Under the pieces are notes generated by a model. The model did no database searches. It worked only from the letters and a program-made list of their open reading frames with translations, and was not told the origin of the DNA. A DNA stretch of 35,537 nucleotides from Sphingobacteriales bacterium (lineage in GTDB: Bacteria; Bacteroidota; Bacteroidia; Chitinophagales; JAYVJZ01), in contig JAYVJZ010000187.1 in assembly GCA_043768865.1 (NCBI GenBank), positions 1 through 35,537 of the forward strand, given 5' to 3'. The position numbers and the translations under genes were made by a program. Shown here in pieces: positions 9,074-20,041 of this stretch (positions are counted from its first letter, which is position 1; every line of letters begins with the position of its first letter).

Positions 9074-9589
9074 ATGCCAACTATTATACCGATTATGAAC
9101 CATACTCCAACTTGGGGAGAAGCTTGCTTCATAGCCGATAACGCAACCCTGATAGGCGATGTGGTTATGGGACATCATTGCAGTATATGGTTTCAAGCAG
9201 TTGTGCGAGGCGATGTACACAGCATCCGTATCGGCAACTTCACCAACATTCAAGATGGTGCAATATTACATGCTACATATCAACAGGCTTCGCTCGATAT
9301 AGGTGATTATGTTAGCATCGGGCATCGGGCAATAATACACGGTTGCAGCATACACAACGAAGTACTGATTGGTATGGGGGCAATAGTGATGGACAAAGCA
9401 GTAGTAGAAAAACATTGCATAATAGCAGCAGGAGCGGTAGTTACAGAGGGTATGCATTGTCAGTCGGGGGGCATATATGCAGGTGTACCGGCGAGGCGTA
9501 TAAAAGATGTTTCGGCTGAATTAATTAAAAATCAAATACTCAGAATTGGCAATAACTACATTATGTATGCTAGTTGGTATAGTAAATAA
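9074..9589 (+). CDS. gamma carbonic anhydrase family protein (left-handed beta-helix, YrdA/PaaY-like)
   Basis: 171-aa ORF with hexapeptide-repeat periodicity. The family-typical opening is FIADNATLIGDVVMGHHCSIWFQAVVRGDVHSIRIG, followed by NIQDGAILHAT and IGHRAIIHGC. Confidence 0.9.
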   Translation: MPTIIPIMNHTPTWGEACFIADNATLIGDVVMGHHCSIWFQAVVRGDVHSIRIGNFTNIQDGAILHATYQQASLDIGDYVSIGHRAIIHGCSIHNEVLIGMGAIVMDKAVVEKHCIIAAGAVVTEGMHCQSGGIYAGVPARRIKDVSAELIKNQILRIGNNYIMYASWYSK

Positions 9590-9667
9590 TTAAATGAAAA
9601 AATTATAATTCATTCTTAAAAATAATCGTATTTTTACTTTAGAACTTTGGTATAAAAACACAACTAT

Positions 9668-11557
9668 TTGTTGTTATTAATTAAAAAAATATCGTTATTA
9701 GTATTGTTATTGCTTATTGGCACTGACAGTTTTTCTTTTCATATAGTGGGAGGCGGCATCACATATCAATGCCTCGGTGGTGGCAATTATTTAATAACGA
9801 TGCGAGTATATAGAGATTGCTACTGTGAAAACTGTGCTGAGTTAGACGACCCTGCGGCTATGTTTGCTTTCACGGGTTCGGGTGCCTCGATTGGGTCGCG
9901 CGGAGCGCTGCTCTCAGGTCCGTACAATATTCCTCCTTTTGTAAACAATCCTTGCTTGCAGACCCCTCCTGATGTGTGTGTTGAAGAGGGTGATTATGTT
10001 TTTAATTGGAACTTTGGCTCTATACCAAGTTCGGGCATATACATAGTGTATCAGCGATGCTGTCGCAATTCTACTATTGCTAATTTATTTCAACCTGATA
10101 CGCAAGGCTCTACTTATACTGCCTTCATACCCCCCCCAAGTGTAGCTGTGTGCAACAGTAGTCCTACTTTTGATAATTTTCCGCCTATTGCGATATGTGG
10201 CGATTACCCATTGGTTTTTGACCATAGTGCAACAGACCTCGATGGCGACTCGTTGGTATATGGACTTTGCAATCCACTAACGGGGCTGAGCCAAGATTTG
10301 CCAGAAGTGCCTGTGGGCGGCTCTATAGACCCTCCACCTTATACTATCGTAGATTGGCTAGGGGCTTACAGTACGTCTAATCCAATGAACGGCAGTACTC
10401 CTTTGACTATAAACCCAAGCACAGGTATAATGACGGGTAATGGATTTTCGGTTGGGCAGTACGTAGTTGGTGTATGTGTGAGCGAATACCGTGCGGGCGT
10501 TCTGATAAGTACCAACTTACGTGATTTTCAATTCAATGTGGCATTATGCAATCCTCTCGTGGTAGCCTCTGTACCTGACGATTTTCGTGATTGTGAATCT
10601 TATACTATTACCTTTGAAAACAACAGCACAGGGGGCACTTCTTACCTTTGGGATTTTGGCGACGAACTCGCATTTGTAGATACCTCCAACGAATTTGAAC
10701 CCACTTATACCTTTGCCGATACGGGTCGCTATTTGGCTACTTTGATTGTAAATCCTTACAAACCTTGCTCTGACACCGCTACGTCTGAGGTGTTTATATA
10801 TCCGGGATTTAGGGCGGATTTCACTGCTAATAGTGGTTGCCCCTATTCTGATATTGATTTTACTAATTTATCTAATACTAACTTTGGAAGTATCGATTCT
10901 ATAAGTTGGAATTTTTTTGAAGGCAGCACCCTTCATGGATTCAGCACAACGTATGCCTACACCTATGGTGGAGTTAAAAATATTGAACTTGAAATATGGT
11001 CAGACAAGGGTTGCTATGATGCATTGACAAGGCAATTGTATGTATATGAAAATCCTGATTTGAATGCAGGACTTGATCTAACTATCTACATAAACGACCC
11101 AGCGTTTTTAGGGGCTACAGGCGCTACTAATTACTCATGGAAAGACGCTACACTTGGAGAATTTTCAACTATTGCAAGCCCTGTTGTGTATCCTAAATTT
11201 ACTACTACTTATACTGTAAGTACGATGTCATCATACGGTTGCATGGTGCTCGATACGATTACAGTTTTCGTTGAACAGCGCCCAATATTCATAGCCCCAA
11301 GTGGATTTTCGCCAAATGGAGATGGCATGAATGATGTTTTTTTTACTACTTTGAACAATGCTAAATCGTTCGTGCAGTTGAGTGTATATAACCGCTGGGG
11401 CGAGCGGGTTTTCAACAGTACGAATAGTACTCTTGGGTGGGATGGCACCTACAAGAATATGCCACAAGAGATTGGTACGTATGTATATTATGCAGAAGCA
11501 CTAGGCATAAATGGTGAACTACTTACTCAAAAAGGTAACGTTGCACTGCTGCGATAA
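9668..11557 (+). CDS. T9SS type B (gliding-motility-associated) C-terminal-domain surface protein with PKD domain
   Basis: 629 aa. The frame has no ATG near its 5' end, so the start is taken as TTG 9668. Signal peptide is present. A Cys-rich N-terminal domain is followed by a PKD-like segment (NNSTGGTSYLWDFGDE...TYTFADTGRYLATLIV). The C-terminus APSGFSPNGDGMNDVF...LSVYNRWGERVF...WDGTY...GTYVYY...GNVALLR is the type B sorting domain consensus. Confidence 0.85.
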   Translation: MLLLIKKISLLVLLLLIGTDSFSFHIVGGGITYQCLGGGNYLITMRVYRDCYCENCAELDDPAAMFAFTGSGASIGSRGALLSGPYNIPPFVNNPCLQTPPDVCVEEGDYVFNWNFGSIPSSGIYIVYQRCCRNSTIANLFQPDTQGSTYTAFIPPPSVAVCNSSPTFDNFPPIAICGDYPLVFDHSATDLDGDSLVYGLCNPLTGLSQDLPEVPVGGSIDPPPYTIVDWLGAYSTSNPMNGSTPLTINPSTGIMTGNGFSVGQYVVGVCVSEYRAGVLISTNLRDFQFNVALCNPLVVASVPDDFRDCESYTITFENNSTGGTSYLWDFGDELAFVDTSNEFEPTYTFADTGRYLATLIVNPYKPCSDTATSEVFIYPGFRADFTANSGCPYSDIDFTNLSNTNFGSIDSISWNFFEGSTLHGFSTTYAYTYGGVKNIELEIWSDKGCYDALTRQLYVYENPDLNAGLDLTIYINDPAFLGATGATNYSWKDATLGEFSTIASPVVYPKFTTTYTVSTMSSYGCMVLDTITVFVEQRPIFIAPSGFSPNGDGMNDVFFTTLNNAKSFVQLSVYNRWGERVFNSTNSTLGWDGTYKNMPQEIGTYVYYAEALGINGELLTQKGNVALLR

Positions 11558-11730
11558 TCTTAGATACAATGTAGGTAGCTATTCAATGATTTTATAGTAC
11601 TTTAATGTAAACAAATAAGCAACCTCGACGGCTGCAAGTGTAGGAGTTGATTAATAAGAAATGAATTGGTACTAATCGCTCCTAATGCTCTCAAACATTG
11701 ATACAACGATACGAAATATAAACGTACGAG

Positions 11731-11769
11731 AATACAAAAGTAGCAAACTTATTGCCAAGCTTGCCTACT
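11731..11769 (-). terminator. candidate terminator downstream of katG
   Basis: On the minus strand: AGTAGGCAA-14 nt loop-TTGCTACT (8 bp with one bulge), followed by TTTGTATT. It lies about 57 nt past the katG stop. It is weak and imperfect. Confidence 0.3.
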
Positions 11770-11825
11770 ATTCTTCGCACAATCTAACCCAAAAGATAGG
11801 TACTGAATATCAAAAAATAAACGTA

Positions 11826-14012
<2,187 letters not shown>

Positions 14013-14049
14013 TTAATTTGTTAATTTTACTTTATATTGGCAATATTTA

Positions 14050-14057
14050 CAAATATA
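14050..14057 (-). promoter_or_regulatory. candidate Bacteroidota -7 promoter box (TAnnTTTG) for katG
   Basis: The minus strand reads TATATTTG, a perfect match to the TAnnTTTG consensus of Bacteroidota primary-sigma promoters. It sits about 46 nt upstream of the katG ATG. No clean -33 TTTG is seen at the expected spacing. The AT-rich context raises the chance-match rate. Confidence 0.35.
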
Positions 14058-14256
14058 AACTTTCAATGAAGAAAATTAAAAGAGAAATTGATATGTTTAA
14101 TAATAAAATCCAATACTACCAATTAGCTCATTTTATAAAGCAATCGAATACTAATACGGTTCAAGTTAAACCCAAAATCATAAGTTGAATTTTCTGTTCT
14201 ATCCTTACGAAGCCCTATATAAATAACAAACTATAGCATCAAAATGGTGTTTAAAA

Positions 14257-15066
14257 TTATACCGATGGCAGCCAATAATATCGCTTGCTTGCAAACCATT
14301 TATCGAGTAAAGGAGTCAGCGGACACAATGCAAACAAAGCCCAAACGGGTGCACCTATTACAAACTTATACGAAGACAGATAAAACGCAAGTAGTGCTAC
14401 TGCAATTGCAAAAAACACGCGAGCTCCTCTGTGATTGGGGGTAGAACAAGGGTCGGTTATCATAAAAAATGAAAATAACAATAACGCACCGTTGGTGAAT
14501 TGATGTTGAAAAAAATCGAGCGGCCACCCTCTGTAGAGTATGTTCCTGCTGAACTCCAACGCTAGATAGAATATTATAAAAACAACGCCAACTTCTATAC
14601 GCCTGGCTTTATAAAGTACTGCCATGCCCGCTAAAGATAGTACTAATAAAAAAAATAAGCTACTACCCCACTGCCCGGGTGATATCCATGAATTCCCAAA
14701 AAAAATATACGTAAGACAGATGCCAAGGTTGGCCGGGTTTATAAAATGCTTTCCATTGTATCTAAAAATAAATTTGCCTGCTATGGCAAAAAAAGCTGCT
14801 GCTACATATAAAATAGGTTGCGAACTGTGAAACAACAAACTCAATCCAAATCCTGTTATACAAGCACTTTTGATACCATCTAATGGGAGGTTTTCAAGTT
14901 TAGAAAAAAATATCTGAAAAGTTATAACACTCGCAAATATCAAAAAGTATTTATAAAAATGTATGGCCCAACCGAGGCTGAATATACCTAAACATAAAAA
15001 ACTAGCTAGGCATATTAATTGAAAATGACGTGCATCGGCTTTGAAGTGAACAAGAAATGAATTCAT
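14257..15066 (-). CDS. RnfD/NqrB-like (NQR2/RnfD/RnfE family) polytopic membrane protein, short orphan form
   Basis: 269-aa ORF with about 8 TM helices. GKHFINPANLGICL matches the RnfD/NqrB h-FNPA-l-g motif. FFMITDPCSTPNHRGARVFFAIAVALL matches the FM-x-TDP-x-T-x-P-x4-G segment. No S/TGAT flavinylation motif was found. Confidence 0.55.
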   Translation of the reverse strand: MNSFLVHFKADARHFQLICLASFLCLGIFSLGWAIHFYKYFLIFASVITFQIFFSKLENLPLDGIKSACITGFGLSLLFHSSQPILYVAAAFFAIAGKFIFRYNGKHFINPANLGICLTYIFFGNSWISPGQWGSSLFFLLVLSLAGMAVLYKARRIEVGVVFIIFYLALEFSRNILYRGWPLDFFQHQFTNGALLLFSFFMITDPCSTPNHRGARVFFAIAVALLAFYLSSYKFVIGAPVWALFALCPLTPLLDKWFASKRYYWLPSV

Positions 15067-15110
15067 GAAAATATTGTTTCTTTAATGATGTTTTAAAAAG
15101 AATATTCCAC

Positions 15111-15148
15111 AAAAAAAAGTGGTTTGCAATTAAATGCAAACCACTTTT
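15111..15148 (-). terminator. Rho-independent terminator after the giant T9SS gene
   Basis: GTGGTTTGCA (15119-15128) pairs with TGCAAACCAC (15135-15144) across a 6-nt loop. The A8 run at 15111-15118 gives a U-tract on the minus-strand transcript. It begins about 37 nt downstream of the stop at 15185. Confidence 0.7.
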
Positions 15149-15184
15149 AACACTATAAAACCATACTAATATCGTGTTACATCT

Positions 15185-18100
15185 TTATTTTTTAATAAAT
15201 TTAGTGGTCGTTACTTGTTTGTTATTGTATAAAACAGTTGAATAATAAACTCCCGTAGCCAATCTATCAACAGGCATTGTAACAGTTTGCAAACCCACTA
15301 CAATTGAACTAACATACTCGCTAACTTCTCTGCCAGTAACATCAAATGTTTTGATAATAATGTCGCCTTCTGTGTTTGCATTGATTAAAAAATTCAAATC
15401 ACCAAGTGCAGGGTTGGGCATTATTTCAATTATATCAAGTACATCAATGCTACAATCTGAGCTCACCGTTCTGATGACAGAATATTTAGTCGAACCATCG
15501 CTATATAGCATTTTTATTTTATAATAGGTGTTAGCAAACGAATTATAATTATCAATGAAAGTAAACTTTTGTTGATTAATGTTAGTTGGATTGGTGGCAA
15601 TCTGTGATATACTAGTAAAGTTGATTCCATCTACACTGCGAAGTATTTCAAAATACAGCAACCCTTCTGTGTTGCTGACCTTCCAATTCAATACACTCTT
15701 ATCGCATTCGCCAACTATATAAAATGCCTCAAACACAATAGAAAGTGCATCGGTGGTGATTAGCGGAAAGTTCGTAACTATTGAATTATCTATAATTGAT
15801 ACCAAAACAGTAGCCCCAATTAAATCAAGCAACGCACTGCCCGAAGTTACTACTTGGTAGGAGCCATTTGGCAAATTAGCCACCGACCATTCCCCCGAAG
15901 CATTAGATAGTGTAGTTGCAACAATCTCACCCGTTGCAGGGTCTATGACCGTGATTATCACCCCTTCTACTAACACTTCTGTTGCATCATACACATTGTT
16001 ATCAACTACGGTGTCTGCCCATATTTGACCACTAAGCCCAAAACAATTTTCAATTACAAAACTGACATTTTCTGTTTGGCTACATGCATTGGCATCGACC
16101 AATATATAACTCGCCGTGTGAGCTCCCGCACTCAATAGACTTGGTTGTATCGTCGCATTCAATGCAGCGTCTATAAAATAATTGCCCCCAATAGGTGAGC
16201 CATTAGATAGCGCAACATTTGCATCGGTATTGCAAAAAGTAGTATCAATTAAACCAAAAGTAATTGCAGTATAATCACAAATAAAAGTTGAAGCGGTCGA
16301 TACACTATTGGTAGATGCATCGTTAATACTAACACTGTAAGTATCATTTGCCCTCAATGGCAATACTAAAACTCCTGTGGTAGAATTTAAAAACACATTG
16401 GCCTCAGCGAGGGTGTACGCTAGTCCGCTTGTAGGATTTATAGCCGCAATTGCTGTAACTACAAATGGTGCAGTGCCTCCATTTACTTGTATAATGGCTG
16501 TCAAAGCGTTAGCTGCATTGCAACTGCACGGATCGGTTATATTGATTATTAAACAAGAGTTGGGTGCAGTAGCAAAAGAAGCTGCTAAACTTGTACAGCC
16601 TTGAGCATTAATACAACGCGATAAAAAAGTAGTAGCTACCGAAGTATAATTAGGTGCTGCATCTGACCAAGTCAAACCGCCGTCTGTAGAGTATTCAGTT
16701 GTGTTTCCTGCTAGACAATTACACGATATTTCTCCACTCAATGACGGACACACATTATCGATAATCGCACTAACAGGAGCAGACGGTATCACGCACACTG
16801 TTGGAGTTGTAGTTACGCTTACAACACTCGATACCACGCTAGCATCTGCACTACATGAACATCGTGTTGATACTGTCATTGGTAGAACATTGTCATATAT
16901 CGGTAGTGTCGAACTCCATGCAATGTTATCAGTTGAGTAGTGTAAAACGCTACCCAAAGGACAGGAAGTAGTGGGAGCGATTATTGAACCAAATGTGATA
17001 GCACAATCGGGTCCGCAATTCGCATTTTGAGCAATGATAACAACAGGAATAGCTGATGTGAATGCAGGACAACTAGGACACACAACTGGCGCTGTAGCAA
17101 AAGAAAGTGAAGAGGAAGTACAACCAAACGCATTCACACAACGCGATAAAAAATTGACAATAGTGGTTGAATAAGATGGTTCTAGATTGCTCCAAGTGCC
17201 CCCTCCGTCGCTTGAATATTGTACTGTGTTTGGTCCGCAATCACACGCAATAGTTCCAGTTGTGCTAGGGCAATTGTTGTTTAAAATTGCACTCGTAGGT
17301 GCGCTTGGAATGCTGCAACCACTAGGCACCGTGCTAACTACACTAGAAGGAGAAACTACTCCCGCATCTATGTCGCATAGGCATCTAGTTCGTATGGTGA
17401 TAGCGATTGAATTGTTGTACGTTGGCAACGTAGCTGACCATGTGATATTGTCTAAAGAATATTGCAACGCACTACCAATAGGGCACGTAGTACTCGGTGG
17501 TACTATTAAACCCGAAGTTGTGCTACAGCCTACATCACAAGCACTTTCATTTTGAATGATTACGGCAGGGGCAACGGTAGTTAGTATTGGACATACCAAA
17601 CACACAGTTGGAGAGGTACTAAAGGCGGGAGAACTGCTCGTGCAGCCAGTTGCATTGACACAACGAGCTAAAAAATTAATACTACTCAAGCTATATACAG
17701 GTGGAGTTGAACTCCACGTAGTACCTCCGTTGGTTGAATACTGTGTAGTATTTAATCCACAATCGCAAGCAATGCTGCCAACTGTCGATGGGCAAACGTT
17801 ATCTACTATTGCACCGCTAGGTGCAGCAGGTACCGTGCAACTAACAGGTGCTGTAGCGAATGAAAGGGCTGAACTAAATGAGGCAGTAGTGGTGCAGGCA
17901 CATCGTGTTGATATGTTCAAAGCGGTAATAGGATCATATACTGGAATACTAAAACTCCACGTAGCACCTCCGTTGGTTGAATATTGTAAACTGCCTACAG
18001 CACACGCTAACGCACCTTGTGTAATAGTACCTAAAGTCTGACTACAACCGGCATTGCAGGTTGAGTTGTTAATAATTAACCCTCCCGAGGGAGTGGATAT

Positions 18101-20041
18101 TGCTGGACAAACACCTACTGTAGTTGTGTATGTTTGAATGGCACTGCTGCATCCCGTCAATGTATTGACACAAGCATAATAAACAATGCTACTAGTGCTT
18201 GGGTTGTAAATAGGGGGCGCTATTTCGATAGATGCGGTCGCATCACTATAATATTTCAGCGTACTGCCGGTGCAAGGCGTAAGCGTAACAAAACCGCCTC
18301 CTGACGCCACACATCCGCTACACGTACTCGACGTATTGCCGATAGCGGGTGTACTGATACTAGGGCACGTAGCAGGGGTAGTAGCAAATGATACACTGAC
18401 AGAGGCGGAGGTGCTATTGCAATAGCAACGAACTAGCATAGTCAAGGCAGTAGTATTGTTGTAGGCAGGTACAGTTGATGTCCAACTTATACCTCCATTA
18501 ATCGAATATTCTAAGCTCCCTGTTGTGCACGTAAGCGTACCTGTGTTGATTGAACCAAGCGTGCTAACGCAAGCGGCGCTACAGGCACTTTGAACGATAA
18601 CAGGGGCTCCCGTTGGGCTTGAAGGCAACGGACAGCTTCCAACAGTGCTAGTATAAGTTTGAATGGCACTGCTACAACCTGTGATATTATTAACACAAGC
18701 ATAAAAAATAGTAACCGAATTAGACTGATCGTATAACGGAGTAGGCACGACCACTATGCCTGTTGCATCATTATAATAAATTAAACTACTGTTTGCATCG
18801 CACGGTGTGCTAACAATAAAATTGCCTCCCAAGAGCGTGCATCCACTACAGATGCTATTATTATTAGAAACTACAGCAGGGATTGGCGTGCTGCAATTAG
18901 CCACTGTGGTCGTATAGGTGCTAATAGCACTTCTACACCCAACCGCATTCACACAAGCATAATAAATGGTGATTGCATTAAAAGGGTCATAATTAGGCGA
19001 AGCAACTACGGTGGTTCCGCTAGCACTAGAATAATACGTCAACGTACTGCCGATGCAAGGTGTAGGAAGCGTAAAACCTCCGCCCGACACTGTACAACCG
19101 CTGCACGTACTACTGATATTACCAACAAGTGCAGCAGCAGGGGCAGCACAAGGTGCCGGGTTAGTTGATATAGAAACAGAGGTTGAGGTTGAGGTTGAAC
19201 TGCAACTGCACCTGCTATATACCGTTATCGTGTTTGAGTTGTTATAGGCTGGTAGCGAACTTGTGAACGCACTGTTGTCTAATGAATATTCTAAAACCCC
19301 TGTGCTACATGCTTTTGACCCAACTGATATACTACCTGATGTTGCAGTGCAAGCACCTGTGCATACCGACTCTATCAAAGATAAAGTTCCGGTCGGTGGC
19401 GTAGGAGTTGCACAAGCACCTATAGTGGTAGTATAAGATTGTATTGCACTTCGACATCCGGTAGTTGTATTAACACAAGCATAAAAAACGGTGATAGGTG
19501 CAACAGGATTATATGCAGGCTGAGGAATAGCTGCACTACCCGCTAGAGAACTATAAAATACTATTGTGCTTGCTGCGTCGCAGGCAGCTATGGTCAAAGC
19601 ACCGCCCGTCAAGGTGCAACTAGAGCAGGTACTGTTTGTATTGCCGATTGTGGTGGTGGCAGGTAGTATACAACTACCCGGCATTGTGATTGTAGAATTG
19701 CTTGCACTTACCTCACCCGCTGAACAGCTGCATCTTGTAAAAATAGTAATTGCCGCAGTTGGGTTGTATATGGGTAAAGCACTTGAGTAGGTGATGTTGT
19801 CGGTTGAATACTGCAAAGCTCCTGCGGCACAAGCCTTAGAGCCTACTGCTATGCTACCACCTGCGACTGTACACGAAGCGCTACAGGTAGATTGTGTGAT
19901 TAACAAACTACCTGTGGGAGCGGCTACAGAGGTGCATGCTCCGGGCGTTGTGGATATTACAGCTACCAACCCTGACGTGCCGTCATCACATTTACATCTT
20001 GCAAATACGTTGATAGGAGTAGTTTGGTTGTAAAAAGGCAA
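15185..20041 (-). CDS. C-terminal 1618 codons of a giant T9SS surface protein (Cys-rich repeat stalk, CarboxypepD_reg-like domain, type A CTD)
   Basis: Long open frame with no signal peptide. The start given by the track is an internal TTG that is in frame with the upstream ORF. It holds 13 further six-Cys modules, then a LSGQIWADT...ASGEWSVANLPNGSYQV beta-sandwich and the T9SS CTD IMPNPALGDLNF...GVYYSTVLYNNKQVTTTKFIKK (about 15188-15439). Confidence 0.6.
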   Translation of the reverse strand: MPFYNQTTPINVFARCKCDDGTSGLVAVISTTPGACTSVAAPTGSLLITQSTCSASCTVAGGSIAVGSKACAAGALQYSTDNITYSSALPIYNPTAAITIFTRCSCSAGEVSASNSTITMPGSCILPATTTIGNTNSTCSSCTLTGGALTIAACDAASTIVFYSSLAGSAAIPQPAYNPVAPITVFYACVNTTTGCRSAIQSYTTTIGACATPTPPTGTLSLIESVCTGACTATSGSISVGSKACSTGVLEYSLDNSAFTSSLPAYNNSNTITVYSRCSCSSTSTSTSVSISTNPAPCAAPAAALVGNISSTCSGCTVSGGGFTLPTPCIGSTLTYYSSASGTTVVASPNYDPFNAITIYYACVNAVGCRSAISTYTTTVANCSTPIPAVVSNNNSICSGCTLLGGNFIVSTPCDANSSLIYYNDATGIVVVPTPLYDQSNSVTIFYACVNNITGCSSAIQTYTSTVGSCPLPSSPTGAPVIVQSACSAACVSTLGSINTGTLTCTTGSLEYSINGGISWTSTVPAYNNTTALTMLVRCYCNSTSASVSVSFATTPATCPSISTPAIGNTSSTCSGCVASGGGFVTLTPCTGSTLKYYSDATASIEIAPPIYNPSTSSIVYYACVNTLTGCSSAIQTYTTTVGVCPAISTPSGGLIINNSTCNAGCSQTLGTITQGALACAVGSLQYSTNGGATWSFSIPVYDPITALNISTRCACTTTASFSSALSFATAPVSCTVPAAPSGAIVDNVCPSTVGSIACDCGLNTTQYSTNGGTTWSSTPPVYSLSSINFLARCVNATGCTSSSPAFSTSPTVCLVCPILTTVAPAVIIQNESACDVGCSTTSGLIVPPSTTCPIGSALQYSLDNITWSATLPTYNNSIAITIRTRCLCDIDAGVVSPSSVVSTVPSGCSIPSAPTSAILNNNCPSTTGTIACDCGPNTVQYSSDGGGTWSNLEPSYSTTIVNFLSRCVNAFGCTSSSLSFATAPVVCPSCPAFTSAIPVVIIAQNANCGPDCAITFGSIIAPTTSCPLGSVLHYSTDNIAWSSTLPIYDNVLPMTVSTRCSCSADASVVSSVVSVTTTPTVCVIPSAPVSAIIDNVCPSLSGEISCNCLAGNTTEYSTDGGLTWSDAAPNYTSVATTFLSRCINAQGCTSLAASFATAPNSCLIINITDPCSCNAANALTAIIQVNGGTAPFVVTAIAAINPTSGLAYTLAEANVFLNSTTGVLVLPLRANDTYSVSINDASTNSVSTASTFICDYTAITFGLIDTTFCNTDANVALSNGSPIGGNYFIDAALNATIQPSLLSAGAHTASYILVDANACSQTENVSFVIENCFGLSGQIWADTVVDNNVYDATEVLVEGVIITVIDPATGEIVATTLSNASGEWSVANLPNGSYQVVTSGSALLDLIGATVLVSIIDNSIVTNFPLITTDALSIVFEAFYIVGECDKSVLNWKVSNTEGLLYFEILRSVDGINFTSISQIATNPTNINQQKFTFIDNYNSFANTYYKIKMLYSDGSTKYSVIRTVSSDCSIDVLDIIEIMPNPALGDLNFLINANTEGDIIIKTFDVTGREVSEYVSSIVVGLQTVTMPVDRLATGVYYSTVLYNNKQVTTTKFIKK

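Noticed and set aside
9047-9457. Minus-strand ORFs 9047-9253 and 9266-9457 opposite the gamma-carbonic-anhydrase-family gene.
   Set aside because: They are antisense to a well-supported hexapeptide-repeat CDS and have no motifs.
11558-11825. Possible tRNA, small RNA or riboswitch in the long spacers (11558-11825, 14004-14256, 21500-21820, 26167-26336, 6502-6702).
   Set aside because: Reading both strands, I found no cloverleaf-compatible stems, no GTTCRANNC T-loop context and no GC-rich conserved riboswitch cores. The spacers are AT-rich, with only short weak palindromes (for example CAAGCTTG at about 11755-11762). An Infernal or tRNAscan run would be needed to be definitive.
16377-20033. 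Plus-strand ORFs inside the giant gene (16377-16604, 16701-16940, 17187-17555, 17556-18041, 19053-19247, 19566-19790, 19791-20033), plus a second minus-strand ORF in a different reading frame (18511-18702).
   Set aside because: They lie entirely within a 1618-codon frame that has coherent repeat, domain and CTD structure. The sense strand is rich in Ala/Thr/Ser/Gly/Cys codons, which leaves the other frames poor in stop codons. The products are Val/Leu/Ala-rich mirror sequences with no motifs.
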